DNA of 64,000 nucleotides from an uncultured Chloroflexia bacterium (GCA_963814375.1 CAWFCQ010000001.1:22043-86042), one strand, 5' to 3'. Positions 40,361 through 50,701 are shown, numbered from the stretch's first letter. The notes: a model not told the origin generated them from the letters alone. Numbers and translations: made by a program.

Positions 40361-40488
40361 GGGTGGCCTCCTTGAGGATGCTCCCCGAGACTTGTGCCGC
40401 AGGCGGTCCGCTCGGGGGCGCGTTGCCGGACCACCTGCTCCCCCCGCAGATCGGTGGCGACGGTTGTGTCGGTGCCGATCGCCAGTGG

Positions 40489-40514
40489 TACGGGAGCGGC
40501 CCGGACCTGTATCA
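40489..40514 (-). promoter_or_regulatory. putative SigK/ECF18-like promoter TGATAC-N16-CGTA
   Basis: Read on the minus strand upstream of the DUF4331 gene. Confidence 0.4.
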
Positions 40515-40580
40515 GCGCTCGGCGCGCGCACGGTGGAGCTCGCCTCGGCGCTCGTTGATCGGAGGGGCTACCATCGGCCC

Positions 40581-41048
40581 ATGACGCACGGTGCTTCCTC
40601 CACCGACGCGCGGGTTCTCGCCGGGGAGGCGGAGGCATGGCATCGCCTCCACGCCGCCATCGACCGCATCACCCCCGAGATCGCCGAGCAGCCCGGCTAC
40701 TTCGAGGAGGGCTGGACGGCCAAGGATGCGGTGGCGCACCTCGGGACGTGGATGGCACGCGGCGCCACGATGCTGCGGCAGATCGCGGCGGGGACCTACC
40801 GCGAGGGCGAGATCGACGTCGATGCCGAGAACGCCAGATTCCTGGAGGCGATGCGCGACGTGCCGCTCGAGACCGTGCATCTCCAGGCTGCTGCCGCCCA
40901 TGGCGAGCTGCTCAGCGCGTGGACGCAGCTGCCCGAGGTGACGCCCGAGGCCGCCTACTGGGTCAACAAGGCCGGACCGGAGCACTACGCCGAGCACCTG
41001 CCGCGCCTCGAGGCGTGGCTCGCGGAGCTGGCATCCCGCCCAGCCTGA
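40581..41048 (+). CDS. DinB/ClbS-DfsB-like four-helix-bundle protein
   Basis: WTAKDAVAHLGTW and EHYAEH motifs. Confidence 0.85.
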   Translation: MTHGASSTDARVLAGEAEAWHRLHAAIDRITPEIAEQPGYFEEGWTAKDAVAHLGTWMARGATMLRQIAAGTYREGEIDVDAENARFLEAMRDVPLETVHLQAAAAHGELLSAWTQLPEVTPEAAYWVNKAGPEHYAEHLPRLEAWLAELASRPA

Positions 41049-41195
41049 GTCTCCCGGAGAGCAGATCATGGCCCGCGCGGCCCGGCTCGCGCTCGCCCCT
41101 GGGGCTGGCGATCCCGGCGCCGGCCTCTGTGTTGAAACTTCGGCGGTTCCCGACGGCTCGTAACTGGATGGGGATCCGATCGTGAGGTAGCTTCG

Positions 41196-41954
41196 ATGAG
41201 CAGTCGATCCGCATCCATGTTGATCGCGCTATGCCTGGTGGCATGCACCGCACCGAGCGGGACGGCGTCGCCGACCGATTCGACGGGTGCCGCCGCCATT
41301 CCTGCCGCGGTCGCGAGCGGCGTGCCGTATACGCCGGCGATCGAGCCCGCGCAGTTCGTTGCGACGGTCGACAATCCCTACTTTCCGCTGGCTCCGGGGA
41401 CACGGTGGGTGTACGAGGGACTCGGCGATGTCGAGGGAGAGGTCGACACGGTGGAGGTCCTGACCGCTACTCGTACGGTGATGGGAGTGGAGTGCACCGT
41501 CGTGCGCGATGTGGTCTCGCTCGACGGCGAGCCGGTGGAGGTCACCGAGGATTGGTACGCACAGGATGCCGCGGGCAACGTCTGGTACTTCGGCGAGGAG
41601 ACCGCGGAGTACGAGGACGGCGAGATCGTCAGCACGGCGGGCGCCTGGGAGGCAGGCGTCGATGGTGCGCAGCCGGGGATCATCATGCCGGCGACGCCCG
41701 CGATCGGGGTGACGTACCGCCAGGAGTTCTATGCGGGGGAGGCGGAGGATGTGGCGGTCGCCGTCGAGGTCGATCAATCGGTCGACGTTCCCGCCGGCTC
41801 GTTCGACGCGGTGCTCATGACGGAGGATTGGACGCCGTTGGAGCCCGATAGCCGCGAGCGCAAGTCGTACGCGCCCGGCGTCGGCCTCGTGATGGAGGAG
41901 ATCATCGAGGGCGGGACCGGCGGGTTCCAGCTCGTCGAGCACACCGGGCCGTAG
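41196..41954 (+). CDS. putative lipoprotein, conserved hypothetical
   Basis: Lipobox LVAC; VDNPYFPL, DWYAQD..GNVWYFGE and YAPGVG. Confidence 0.8.
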   Translation: MSSRSASMLIALCLVACTAPSGTASPTDSTGAAAIPAAVASGVPYTPAIEPAQFVATVDNPYFPLAPGTRWVYEGLGDVEGEVDTVEVLTATRTVMGVECTVVRDVVSLDGEPVEVTEDWYAQDAAGNVWYFGEETAEYEDGEIVSTAGAWEAGVDGAQPGIIMPATPAIGVTYRQEFYAGEAEDVAVAVEVDQSVDVPAGSFDAVLMTEDWTPLEPDSRERKSYAPGVGLVMEEIIEGGTGGFQLVEHTGP

Positions 41955-41997
41955 TCCCCCGACCGGGGATGCAGCTCGTCCCGTCTACGATGCTCGG

Positions 41998-42570
41998 ATG
42001 GAGAAGAGCACCCCATGCCGGGTGATCCTGGTCGGGATGATGGGAAGCGGGAAGTCGACGGTCGGGCGAGAGCTCTCCGAGCGCACGGGCTGGCCGTACG
42101 TCGACAACGACGAGCTCGTGCGGCGAGCGACGGGCCGCACGCCCCGCGATCTCGTGGCGGAGCAGGGCGAGGAACCGATGCGCCGGGCGGAGCGCGATGC
42201 GCTTCTTGCCGGGCTCGGGCTACCGGAGCCGGTCGTGGTCGCCGCTGCCGCGGGCACGATCCTCGACGCCGACGCCCGAGCGCGGATGCGGGATTCGGGC
42301 ATCGTCGTGTGGCTGCGCGCCGATCCGACCACGCTGGCGACGCGTGCGGGCGGGGCCGCCCATCGGCCGTGGCTCGACGGCGATGCCGCCGAGTGGATGC
42401 GCGAGGCCCTCGAGCGCCGAGCGCCGCTCTACGCCGAGGTGGCGACCCAGGTGATCGACACCGATTCGGGAACGACGGAGGAGGCGGTCGCTGCCATCGT
42501 CGCGTGGCTCGATCGGCACACCGGGTGTGGCGATCTCGTCAGCCGCGTGCCCGACCGACCGCCCGCATGA
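41998..42570 (+). CDS. aroK: shikimate kinase
   Basis: GMMGSGKSTVG P-loop, DND, RP and RAPLYAEVA motifs. Confidence 0.85.
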   Translation: MEKSTPCRVILVGMMGSGKSTVGRELSERTGWPYVDNDELVRRATGRTPRDLVAEQGEEPMRRAERDALLAGLGLPEPVVVAAAAGTILDADARARMRDSGIVVWLRADPTTLATRAGGAAHRPWLDGDAAEWMREALERRAPLYAEVATQVIDTDSGTTEEAVAAIVAWLDRHTGCGDLVSRVPDRPPA

Positions 42571-43354
42571 ACTCCGCGACGCGGTCGGGGTCGACCGGGT
42601 TCCACGTGTGCCCGTCGACCTTGAGCCCGGAGCCGACGATCACGCCGTCGGCGACCTCGAGGTAGCGCTCGACGTTGTCGGCCCGAGCCCCCGTGTTCAT
42701 GAGCACGGGAACCTCTCCGCCGATCGCGTCGGCCGCTTCGCGGATGACGGCGAGGTCCGGCTCCGCGCCCGCCTGGGCGCCCGCGATGAGGACGGCGTCG
42801 ATCAGCGACGACGTCACGGCGCTGCGGGCCCGCTGAGCGACCGATCGGCTGCCGAGCGGCGACGCGAACTCGGGGGTGATGTTCCCCAGCACGAGAACGT
42901 CATCGGCGTCGATCGCGCTGCGGTAGCGCATCAGCGCGCCCGCATCGGGCGTCCACACTCCCATGTCGCTCTCGTAGGCGCCGGTCACGACCTCGCGCAT
43001 GAATGAGGCGCCGGTGGCGCGTGCCAGCGCCATGGCGGCCATCGGATCCCACAGGATGTCGACGCCGAACGGGCGGTCGGTGGGCCGCAGCTCGCGGACG
43101 ACGGCGGCCATCGTCGCCGGGATCTCCGGCCCCACATGCAGCTCGTACGGCCGGTCGTCCTCGTTGCAGAAGAGGATCGCGTCGACGCCACCGGCCAGCA
43201 GATGGTCGATGTCGGCGCGAACCGTCGCGACCATCTCGTCGACCGAGGTCCCGCGCCGGAAGCGCGGCGTCCCGGGGAGGGCGGGCAGGTGGGCCATCGC
43301 GATGACCGGCTTCGCGATCGGCAGGAGGTCCCTGAAGGCGGCTCGGGTCGGCAT
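42539..43354 (-). CDS. BtpA/SgcQ-family TIM-barrel protein
   Basis: IAMAHLPALPGTP, NEDDRPY and ADGVIVGS. Confidence 0.9.
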   Translation of the reverse strand: MPTRAAFRDLLPIAKPVIAMAHLPALPGTPRFRRGTSVDEMVATVRADIDHLLAGGVDAILFCNEDDRPYELHVGPEIPATMAAVVRELRPTDRPFGVDILWDPMAAMALARATGASFMREVVTGAYESDMGVWTPDAGALMRYRSAIDADDVLVLGNITPEFASPLGSRSVAQRARSAVTSSLIDAVLIAGAQAGAEPDLAVIREAADAIGGEVPVLMNTGARADNVERYLEVADGVIVGSGLKVDGHTWNPVDPDRVAEFMRAVGRARG

Positions 43355-43427
43355 CGGCTCCTCTGTCGGAGGGATGGGTGCGGGGAGCCTACCAAACGAG
43401 CGGGAGCACACCGCGATAATCAGCCGG

Positions 43428-44114
43428 ATGCGTTCAACCGTGACAAGGCTCCTGGTTGGGGGATTCCTCGCCCCGGATGAGATCGCGCCGGGCGAGCGCG
43501 TGGTCGTCAACGCGTGGGTGATCCGTCACCCGGAGGCGACCGTCCTAGTCGACACCGGCATCGGCGCGCATCTGCCCCCGGAAGACCTCGCGACGCTGGC
43601 ATTCATTCGCATGCCCATCACGGAAGCCCTCGCCGGCATCGGCCTGGAGGCGAGCGACGTCGATCTCGTCATCAACTGCCACCTCCACGCCGACCACGCG
43701 GGCGGCAACGTCGACTTCCGCGGGACGCCGATCCTGGTCCAGCCCGCGGAGCTCGATGCCGCGCGCGACCCCGACTACACCGTGGCCGAGGATGCCGACC
43801 TGGCCGATGGGAGCTACGTCATTCGTGCGGGTGAGCACGAGCCTCTGCCGGGGATCGTCGTGCTGCCCACCCCCGGACATTCGCCGGGGCACCAGTCGGT
43901 GGCGATCGAGACCGATGCCGGCCGACTCATCCTGGCCGGCCAGGTCTTTCGCGATGCGTCGGGCTTCACCCGCGCCCTGACCGCGTATCGGCTGACGCTC
44001 GAGGGTTACGAGCATGCGCCGCCGTATCCCGATTGGATGCCCCGCATGCTCGAGCTGGAGCCGTACCGGGTCGCCTTCGGCCATGACCTTGCCGTGTGGC
44101 AGCCCGACGCGTGA
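43428..44114 (+). CDS. metallo-beta-lactamase-fold AHL-lactonase-like hydrolase
   Basis: VDTG, HLHADH and TPGHSPGH motifs. Confidence 0.88.
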   Translation: MRSTVTRLLVGGFLAPDEIAPGERVVVNAWVIRHPEATVLVDTGIGAHLPPEDLATLAFIRMPITEALAGIGLEASDVDLVINCHLHADHAGGNVDFRGTPILVQPAELDAARDPDYTVAEDADLADGSYVIRAGEHEPLPGIVVLPTPGHSPGHQSVAIETDAGRLILAGQVFRDASGFTRALTAYRLTLEGYEHAPPYPDWMPRMLELEPYRVAFGHDLAVWQPDA

Positions 44115-45211
44115 CGGCGCCTACCCTCACCGTTCGGCAGCTCAACCGGGCCACCCTCCAGCGCCAGATGTTGCTTCGGCGCGAGAGCGCGGCGCCCCTC
44201 GACGTTATCGAGCACCTGGTGGGCATGCAGGCCCAGAACCCGGGCGACCCGTACGTGGCGCTGCGGGCGCGGATCGAGGGCTTCGACCCGATTCAGCTGT
44301 CTGATCTGATCGCAGCTCACCGCGCCGTGCGGGTCGTGATGTTGCTGAGGACGACGATCCATCTCGTCTCGGATCGCGATTGCCTCTCGATGCGGTCCCT
44401 TCTCGCGCCGGTGGCCCTGCGGCAGTGGGGCTACTCGGCGCCCGCGCGCCGTCTCGCCGATGCGGACATCGACGACATCGTCGCCGCCGGGCGAACCGTC
44501 ATCGAGGAGCGCCCACGCACCGCGAGCGAGGTCGGAAGCGTCCTGGCAGAGCGGTGGCCGGACCGTGATGCCGAGGCGCTTGCCTTCACCGTGCGCTGCC
44601 TCGTGCCCCTGGTCCAGGTGCCGCCGCGAGGGCTCTGGGGAGGGAAGGGCCGGCCGGTCCTCGACACAGTCGAGCATTGGCTCGGCGCGCCCCTGGACCC
44701 GTCGCCCTCGGTCGAAGCGCTCGTTTTCCGCTACCTGGCCGCCTTCGGTCCGGCGTCGGTGAAGGATGTCCAGGTCTGGTCGTGGCTGGCCGGCATCCGC
44801 GAGGTGGTCGACCGCCTCCGTCCTCGGCTGCGAACGTTCCGGGACGACGCCGGTCGGGAGCTCGTCGACCTCCCCGATGCGCCACGTCCCGATCCGGACG
44901 TCCCGGCGCCGGTGCGGGTCCTTCCCGAGTACGACAACCTGCTCCTCTCGCACGACGATCGGAGCCGCGTCGGCGATCCCGCCCTGAAAGGTCGGCCCTG
45001 GTGGCGCGGCTCGATCCTCGTCGACGGCTTCCTCGCGGCAACCTGGCGCCTCGATCGTGAGAGGGAGCGTTCCCGCATGTGCATCGGGCTGTATCGGTCA
45101 CTGGCGGATCAGGAGCTCGCCGACGTCGAGGCCGAGGCCACCGCAGTCCTGGGTTTCCTTGCGGCCGATGCGCCGGAGCGCGGCGTCGAGATCGAGCTCC
45201 TGCCGGCTTGA
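44111..45211 (+). CDS. AlkZ/YcaQ-family (HTH_42) DNA crosslink glycosylase
   Basis: LNRATLQRQ, GMQAQ (QxQ motif), RTTIH and LPEYDN. Confidence 0.88.
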   Translation: MTAPTLTVRQLNRATLQRQMLLRRESAAPLDVIEHLVGMQAQNPGDPYVALRARIEGFDPIQLSDLIAAHRAVRVVMLLRTTIHLVSDRDCLSMRSLLAPVALRQWGYSAPARRLADADIDDIVAAGRTVIEERPRTASEVGSVLAERWPDRDAEALAFTVRCLVPLVQVPPRGLWGGKGRPVLDTVEHWLGAPLDPSPSVEALVFRYLAAFGPASVKDVQVWSWLAGIREVVDRLRPRLRTFRDDAGRELVDLPDAPRPDPDVPAPVRVLPEYDNLLLSHDDRSRVGDPALKGRPWWRGSILVDGFLAATWRLDRERERSRMCIGLYRSLADQELADVEAEATAVLGFLAADAPERGVEIELLPA

Positions 45212-45307
45212 TCGACGGCAGCACCGCTAACCGCCGTCCTGCAAGGTCGATGGCAAGGTGCCCCGGCTATGGTCCCTGGACACGAGCAGTGCCGAAGGGG
45301 ATGCGCA

Positions 45308-45772
45308 TTGGGGACGAGAGGCCTCGCGGTCATCGGCGCAGCGGCGCTGCTCGTCGTCCTGGCCGGAACCGTCCTGGCGACGCGCGCTCCCCGTGATTCA
45401 GCCAACACGCCCCTGCTGGCCGCCAGCCAAGAACCCGAGCCGGACGCGTTGAGCAACGCGGCCGACCGGCTGGCGGCCAGTGGGATCACCGTCGACGACG
45501 CCGTTCTGGCCGACCTCGCCTCACGATTTGGCGTCGGCGGTGCGGTGCGGGTCGTCGCCTGGTCTCACGAGAGCGGGCTGACGGTTGAGGAGCTCGCCGC
45601 GATGCGCGAGGGCGATGGCACTGCGGGCAGCGAGATGGGCTGGGGCCGCATGGCGAAGGAGCTCGGCGTCCACCCCGGCATCGGCTCGATCATGGGCAAT
45701 GGCGGCGGCAATGGCCGAGATGGCGCGCCTGGCCAGGAGAAGAAGTCCGACGAGGCCGAGCCCGGCGACTGA
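45308..45772 (+). CDS. exported hypothetical protein
   Basis: N-terminal TM; MGWGRMAKELGVHPG motif. Confidence 0.7.
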   Translation: MGTRGLAVIGAAALLVVLAGTVLATRAPRDSANTPLLAASQEPEPDALSNAADRLAASGITVDDAVLADLASRFGVGGAVRVVAWSHESGLTVEELAAMREGDGTAGSEMGWGRMAKELGVHPGIGSIMGNGGGNGRDGAPGQEKKSDEAEPGD

Positions 45773-45893
45773 CCACTGCCGGGCCGTTGCCCCGTCGAAT
45801 GTCGTAGCTCGGCCGGCGCGACCGCCGATGCACCCCCGACCCCACCCCGCGAATCTGTCGAAGAGATCAACTTCCTGACTCGGAGACACTCGA

Positions 45894-46073
45894 ATGCGGG
45901 CATCAGCTTTCGTAGGCGGCACGATCGTCGCCATCGGCATCTACCTGGCAGCCGCCGCGGCGTTTGCCTTCAGCCCAACCTGGATCGGCCTCGGCATGGT
46001 CCTCATCGCCGCGACCGCCGGAATCGCCATGGTCGCCACCGCACCGTCCACCGCGGTAGCGCGCCGCGCCTGA
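45894..46073 (+). CDS. 59-aa 2-TM membrane protein (not in ORF track)
   Basis: MRASAFVGGTIVAIGIYL...; GGAG RBS. Confidence 0.6.
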   Translation: MRASAFVGGTIVAIGIYLAAAAAFAFSPTWIGLGMVLIAATAGIAMVATAPSTAVARRA

Positions 46074-46151
46074 CGCTCCGGCTCCGTCGCCGGGGTAGCC
46101 TCGCGCCGTAGGATGGTCGCGCGGACCGCGCGCTGGCGAGGAGGCGATCAC

Positions 46152-46514
46152 ATGTCATCCGATCCGTGGCGCAAGGCGCCGCAGGACCTGGTCGAGCGCT
46201 TCGCCGAGGCGACCGCCGGGATCGAGGGCCTCGAGCATCGGAAGATGTTCGGATACCCCGCAGGCTTCATCGGCGGCAACATGACCACCGGGCTGCACCA
46301 GGAATCGTGGATCGTGCGGCTGCCGGAGGACGCGCGTCGCGATCGGTTGGATGCCGGCTGGTCGATCTTCGAGCCGATGCCTGGCAGGCCGATGCGCGAG
46401 TACGTAGCGCTGCCCGAGGCGATCGCGTCCGACCCGGACGAGGCACGACTGTGGGTCGAGCGTGCCGCAGCCTACGTGCGAACCCTGCCACCGAAGGCGC
46501 CAAAGAAGCGCTGA
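46152..46514 (+). CDS. TfoX N-terminal domain protein
   Basis: RKMFGYP and FEPMPGRPMREYV motifs. Confidence 0.88.
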   Translation: MSSDPWRKAPQDLVERFAEATAGIEGLEHRKMFGYPAGFIGGNMTTGLHQESWIVRLPEDARRDRLDAGWSIFEPMPGRPMREYVALPEAIASDPDEARLWVERAAAYVRTLPPKAPKKR

Positions 46515-47324
46515 GTGGAGGAGCGAGCGCTCGGGACGACCGGCCTCAGCGTCCCCGTCGTCGGGATGGGGACGTGGCGGACGTTCGACGTGCGCGGTGA
46601 TGAGAGCGAGGCCGGTGCCCGCTCGGTGGTTGCCGCCACCTGGGCCGGTGGCTCGCGCCTCTTCGACTCGTCACCCATGTACGGCGCGGCCGAGGGCGTT
46701 CTCGGGCGGTCGCTGGCTGATCGACGCGCCGATGCGATCGTCGCGACCAAGCTCTGGACCGACAACGATGCCGAGGCGGAGAGGCAGAGCACCAACGCGC
46801 TCGATCTCTTCGGTGGTCGCGTCGAGCTATACCAGGTGCACAACCTCGTGGCGTGGCCCCGGCGGCTCGATCAGCTGGAGCGGCTGCACGACGACGGCCT
46901 CGTCGATGCCATCGGCGCCACGCACTACGCGTCCTCCGCATTCGGCGAGCTGACCCGCGTGATGCGGACGGGTCGGATCGGCGCCATCCAGGTGCCGTAC
47001 AACCCGCGGGCGCGCGAGGTGGAGCGCGAGATCTTCCCACTGGCCGCCGAGCTCGGGCTCGGGGTGATCGTCATGCAGCCGTTCGGTGAGGGCTCGCTCG
47101 TCCAGCGCAGTCCTGCCTCGGCGGAGTTGAGCGAGCTGGGTCCGTTCGGAGTCCGCACCTGGGCCCAGGCGCTCCTCAAGTGGATCTTGTCCGACCCGCG
47201 CATCTCGGCGGCCATCCCCGCCACCGGGTCAGTACGCCACGCGGCAGAGAATGCGGAGGCCGGCCAGCCGCCCTGGTTCGGGCCCGAGGAGCGGGCCCTG
47301 GTGGAGCGCCTGGCCGGCGGCTGA
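46515..47324 (+). CDS. aldo/keto reductase
   Basis: GMGTW, DSSPMYG, ATK, VHN and IPAT motifs. Confidence 0.9.
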   Translation: MEERALGTTGLSVPVVGMGTWRTFDVRGDESEAGARSVVAATWAGGSRLFDSSPMYGAAEGVLGRSLADRRADAIVATKLWTDNDAEAERQSTNALDLFGGRVELYQVHNLVAWPRRLDQLERLHDDGLVDAIGATHYASSAFGELTRVMRTGRIGAIQVPYNPRAREVEREIFPLAAELGLGVIVMQPFGEGSLVQRSPASAELSELGPFGVRTWAQALLKWILSDPRISAAIPATGSVRHAAENAEAGQPPWFGPEERALVERLAGG

Positions 47325-47351
47325 CGCCGGCCGCGGCGTACCATTCGGAGC

Positions 47352-47738
47352 GTGGAACGAGCGAGCGGCATCGGCGGGGTATTCCTTCGATCGCGCGACC
47401 CGACGGCACTGGCCCGGTGGTACACGGAGCACCTGGGCGTCGACGCCTTCTCCGATGAGAACGACGCGGTCTGGTGGCAGGAGGCCGGCCCCACCGTCTG
47501 GTCGCCCTTCCCGTCGGACACTGACTACTTCGGCCGGCCCGAGCAGTCCTGGATGATCAACTTCCGCGTCCGCGATCTCGACGCGATGCTTGCCCAGCTT
47601 CGCGCAGCCGGTGTCCAGGTCGACGACGGCGTCCAGGAAATGGAGGGGATCGGACGCTTCGGATGGGCCCACGACGCGGAGGGGAACCGATTCGAGCTGT
47701 GGGAGCCCGCCCCGGCGGCGATGAAGCGCCCCGAGTAG
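47352..47738 (+). CDS. VOC/glyoxalase-family protein
   Basis: GIGGVF, MINFRV and GRFGW..D.EGNRFELW. Confidence 0.92.
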   Translation: MERASGIGGVFLRSRDPTALARWYTEHLGVDAFSDENDAVWWQEAGPTVWSPFPSDTDYFGRPEQSWMINFRVRDLDAMLAQLRAAGVQVDDGVQEMEGIGRFGWAHDAEGNRFELWEPAPAAMKRPE

Positions 47739-47742
47739 CCGC

Positions 47743-48531
47743 CTACTCGGTCGTGCGGCGGTTGTACATCCAGATCCCGAGGGGGAACCCGACCACGAGG
47801 ATGCCGAGCGACCACAGGATGGCCGGCACCGTATCGTTGTAGAGGTCCGTCCCCAGCGTCAGATCACGCACCGCGTTGACGACCACGCTGAACGGCTGGT
47901 TCTCCGCGAACCCCTGGAGCCACTCCGGCAGCGAGTCGACAGGAACAAACGCGCTGCTGACGAAGGTGAGCGGGAAGACGACCGCGAAGATGACTCCCTG
48001 CAACGCCTCTGGAGTGCGGACCGCCGCTCCGGCGGCTACGCCGACCCACGACAGGGCGAAGCCGAAGAGCAGCATGATGCCGATCGCCAGCAGATTGTCG
48101 GCAAGCCCGCCCTCAGGGCGGAAGCCGACGACCAGGCCGACCGCCCACATGATTGCCACCGCAAGGGCGGCCCGCAGCAGGTCGGTGAACGTGCGGCCCA
48201 CGAGCACCGCTGACTGCGCCATCGGCAGGGATCGGAATCGGTCGATCATGCCCTTCTGCAGGTCGTTGGCCAGCAGCACGCTGGTGTAGATGCCCGCAAA
48301 CGCCACCGTCTGGACGAAGATGCCGGCCATCAGGAAGTTGGTATAGGACGCGTCCTCGCCACCCTCCGCGCCGACATTGATCGCGCCGCCGAACACGACG
48401 CTGAACAGCAGCACGAACATGATCGGGCTGAGGGTCACGTCCAGCAGCAGCTCCGGCGTGCGCTTGATGTGGATCAGGTTGCGACGGACCATCTCCCAGC
48501 TGTCGAAGGTCCACAGGGCGATGCCGGTCAC
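47743..48531 (-). CDS. ABC-2 exporter permease (DrrB-like)
   Basis: DRFRSLPM, PLTFVSSAFVP and WLQGFAENQP. Confidence 0.9.
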   Translation of the reverse strand: MTGIALWTFDSWEMVRRNLIHIKRTPELLLDVTLSPIMFVLLFSVVFGGAINVGAEGGEDASYTNFLMAGIFVQTVAFAGIYTSVLLANDLQKGMIDRFRSLPMAQSAVLVGRTFTDLLRAALAVAIMWAVGLVVGFRPEGGLADNLLAIGIMLLFGFALSWVGVAAGAAVRTPEALQGVIFAVVFPLTFVSSAFVPVDSLPEWLQGFAENQPFSVVVNAVRDLTLGTDLYNDTVPAILWSLGILVVGFPLGIWMYNRRTTE

Positions 48532-49502
48532 GCGTCCACCTCCTCCGCGACATTCTCTTCCGCGGGCCGGCCGGTCAGGGTCAGGAAGACCTCGTCCAGG
48601 GTCGGCCGCCGGAAGCCGATGTCGTCGACCCGCACGTCGGCGCTGTCCAGCTCGCGGATGACGCGCGTCAGGACGCCGTCGTGCGAGGCGACCGCCACGC
48701 TCACGTGCCGCGCCTCGGCGTCCACTCGGGCCGGCCCCTCGCCGAGCGACTCGAGCACGCGCTGTGCGGCAGGCAGGTACTCCTCGCTGCTGATCGTGAT
48801 CTCGAGGCGTTCGCCGGCGACCTGTCGCTTGAGCTCGTCGGCAGTGCCGCGGGCGATGGCCTTGCCGTGGTCGATGACGAGGATGTCGTCGGCCAGCCGG
48901 TCGGCCTCTTCGAGATACTGCGTCGTCATCAGCACGGTCGTGCCGCCGCGGGCCAGCTCCTCGATGAGGTCCCACATCGAGAGGCGCCCCTTTGGGTCGA
49001 GTCCGGTCGTCGGCTCGTCGAGGAAGATGACCGGCGGCTCGGCCATGAGGGCGGCGCCGAGGTCGAGCCGGCGGCGCATGCCGCCCGAGTAGGTCTTCAC
49101 CGTGCGGTCGGCAGCGTCGACGAGCTCGAAACGCTCGAGCAGCGCATCGGCGCGCTGGCGGACCGTGGCCGGGTCGACTCGGTAGAGACGGCCGATCATC
49201 CCGAGGTTCTCGCGCCCGGTCAGCAGCTCGTCGAGCGCGGCGTATTGGCCCGCAACCCCGATCTTGGCCCGCACCCGTGCGGGGTGCTTGAGCACGTCGA
49301 TCCCCGCCACCTGGGCGGTCCCGCTGTTCGGACGAGTCAATGTGGTCAGGATGCGGACCGCCGTCGTCTTGCCGGCGCCGTTCGGGCCGAGCACGCAAAG
49401 AATCGTGCCCTCACGGGCATCGAGGTCGAGGCCTGCGAGCGCATGCGTCTCGCCGAAGGATTTGCGGAGGCCAACGGCCTCGATCATCGCGTTCGTCATC
49501 AT
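48528..49502 (-). CDS. ABC exporter ATP-binding subunit (DrrA-like)
   Basis: GPNGAGKT, YSGGM, LDEPTTGLD and TTQY. Confidence 0.93.
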   Translation of the reverse strand: MMTNAMIEAVGLRKSFGETHALAGLDLDAREGTILCVLGPNGAGKTTAVRILTTLTRPNSGTAQVAGIDVLKHPARVRAKIGVAGQYAALDELLTGRENLGMIGRLYRVDPATVRQRADALLERFELVDAADRTVKTYSGGMRRRLDLGAALMAEPPVIFLDEPTTGLDPKGRLSMWDLIEELARGGTTVLMTTQYLEEADRLADDILVIDHGKAIARGTADELKRQVAGERLEITISSEEYLPAAQRVLESLGEGPARVDAEARHVSVAVASHDGVLTRVIRELDSADVRVDDIGFRRPTLDEVFLTLTGRPAEENVAEEVDA

Positions 49503-49627
49503 GTCCGGCTCTCGTGTGTTTGCCGCTTCAAGCCTACCGCGGAAGCGTGGAATCGTCCCCGCACCGGTCAGACCGCCGCGGCGCGGGATTCTCATCGGTC
49601 TTCTTCGGCCGGGCGTAGGATCGCGAC

Positions 49628-50623
49628 GTGAGCCTGCCGCGAATCGCTGTCATCTTCACCGGCGGCACGATCTCGATGCGCTCGTCGGATGCCGGGAACG
49701 TGGCCGTGCTGCGCGGTGACGAGCTCCTCGCCACCGTTCCCGGGTTGGCCGAGATCGCGGATATCGAGCCGATCGACTGGGGCCTGGTCTCGGCCTCGCA
49801 CCTCTCGTTCGACCAGGTGCTCCAGATCGGCCGGCTGCTTGCCACGCAGCTCGCCCGCCCCGAGATCGACGGCGCGGTCGTCGTGCAGGGCACGGATGCG
49901 ATCGAGGAGACGGCCTTCGCCTGGGATCTCCTGCCGCTACCGGCCAAGCCCGTGGTCGTGGTCGGAGCGATGCGGTCCGCCTCGCAGGAGGGCTACGACG
50001 GTCCGTCCAACCTGCGCGACGCGATCGCGGCTGCCGGCACGCCGGCGCTCGCCGACCAGGGGGTGGTCGTCGCCATGGCCGGCGAGATTCACGCCGCTGA
50101 CGACGTCCGGAAGACGCACACGCATGCGTATGCAACGTTCCAGAGCCCGAATGCAGGGCGCCTCGGGCTCGTGGCCGGCGGCTCGATCACGCTCATGCGG
50201 CGGCGGGCACCCGCTCGCCTCGCACGCGTGCCGGAGCATGCCGCGCTGCCAGTCGAGATCCTCGGCGTGGCCCTCGACGCGCCCGCCACGCTGGCCGGAA
50301 CGCCGCGCGGCCTCGTGGTCGCCGCGGCCGGTGGCGGGAACACGCCTGCGGCTCACCTCGAGGTGGCGCGGCCGCTCATCGACGCGGGCGTGCCGGTGGT
50401 CTTGACAACGCGCTGCCCGTCGGGGCGTCCGCTGCCCGGGTACGGATTCCCGGGCGGGAGCTCGACCTGGTGGGATGCCGGGGCGATCTTCTCGGGCACG
50501 CTCGACGCGCTGAAGTCCCGCGTGCTCATCGCGCTCGGGCTGGGCGCCGGTCTGTCGCACGAGGAGCTCACCGACGTCTTCGGCGGGTTCGGTGGCGGCA
50601 GCCGAGCGCGACGAATGACGTAG
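49628..50623 (+). CDS. asparaginase/glutaminase family
   Basis: TGGTISM, QGTD..EET, GAMR and KTHT motifs. Confidence 0.9.
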   Translation: MSLPRIAVIFTGGTISMRSSDAGNVAVLRGDELLATVPGLAEIADIEPIDWGLVSASHLSFDQVLQIGRLLATQLARPEIDGAVVVQGTDAIEETAFAWDLLPLPAKPVVVVGAMRSASQEGYDGPSNLRDAIAAAGTPALADQGVVVAMAGEIHAADDVRKTHTHAYATFQSPNAGRLGLVAGGSITLMRRRAPARLARVPEHAALPVEILGVALDAPATLAGTPRGLVVAAAGGGNTPAAHLEVARPLIDAGVPVVLTTRCPSGRPLPGYGFPGGSSTWWDAGAIFSGTLDALKSRVLIALGLGAGLSHEELTDVFGGFGGGSRARRMT

Positions 50624-50701
50624 GGAACCCGCGACAGGCGCTTGATGCCGCGTTGATGTGGCGGGACCAGAGTGTGAGCCTCACCATCCGGAGAGTTCGA
50701 G

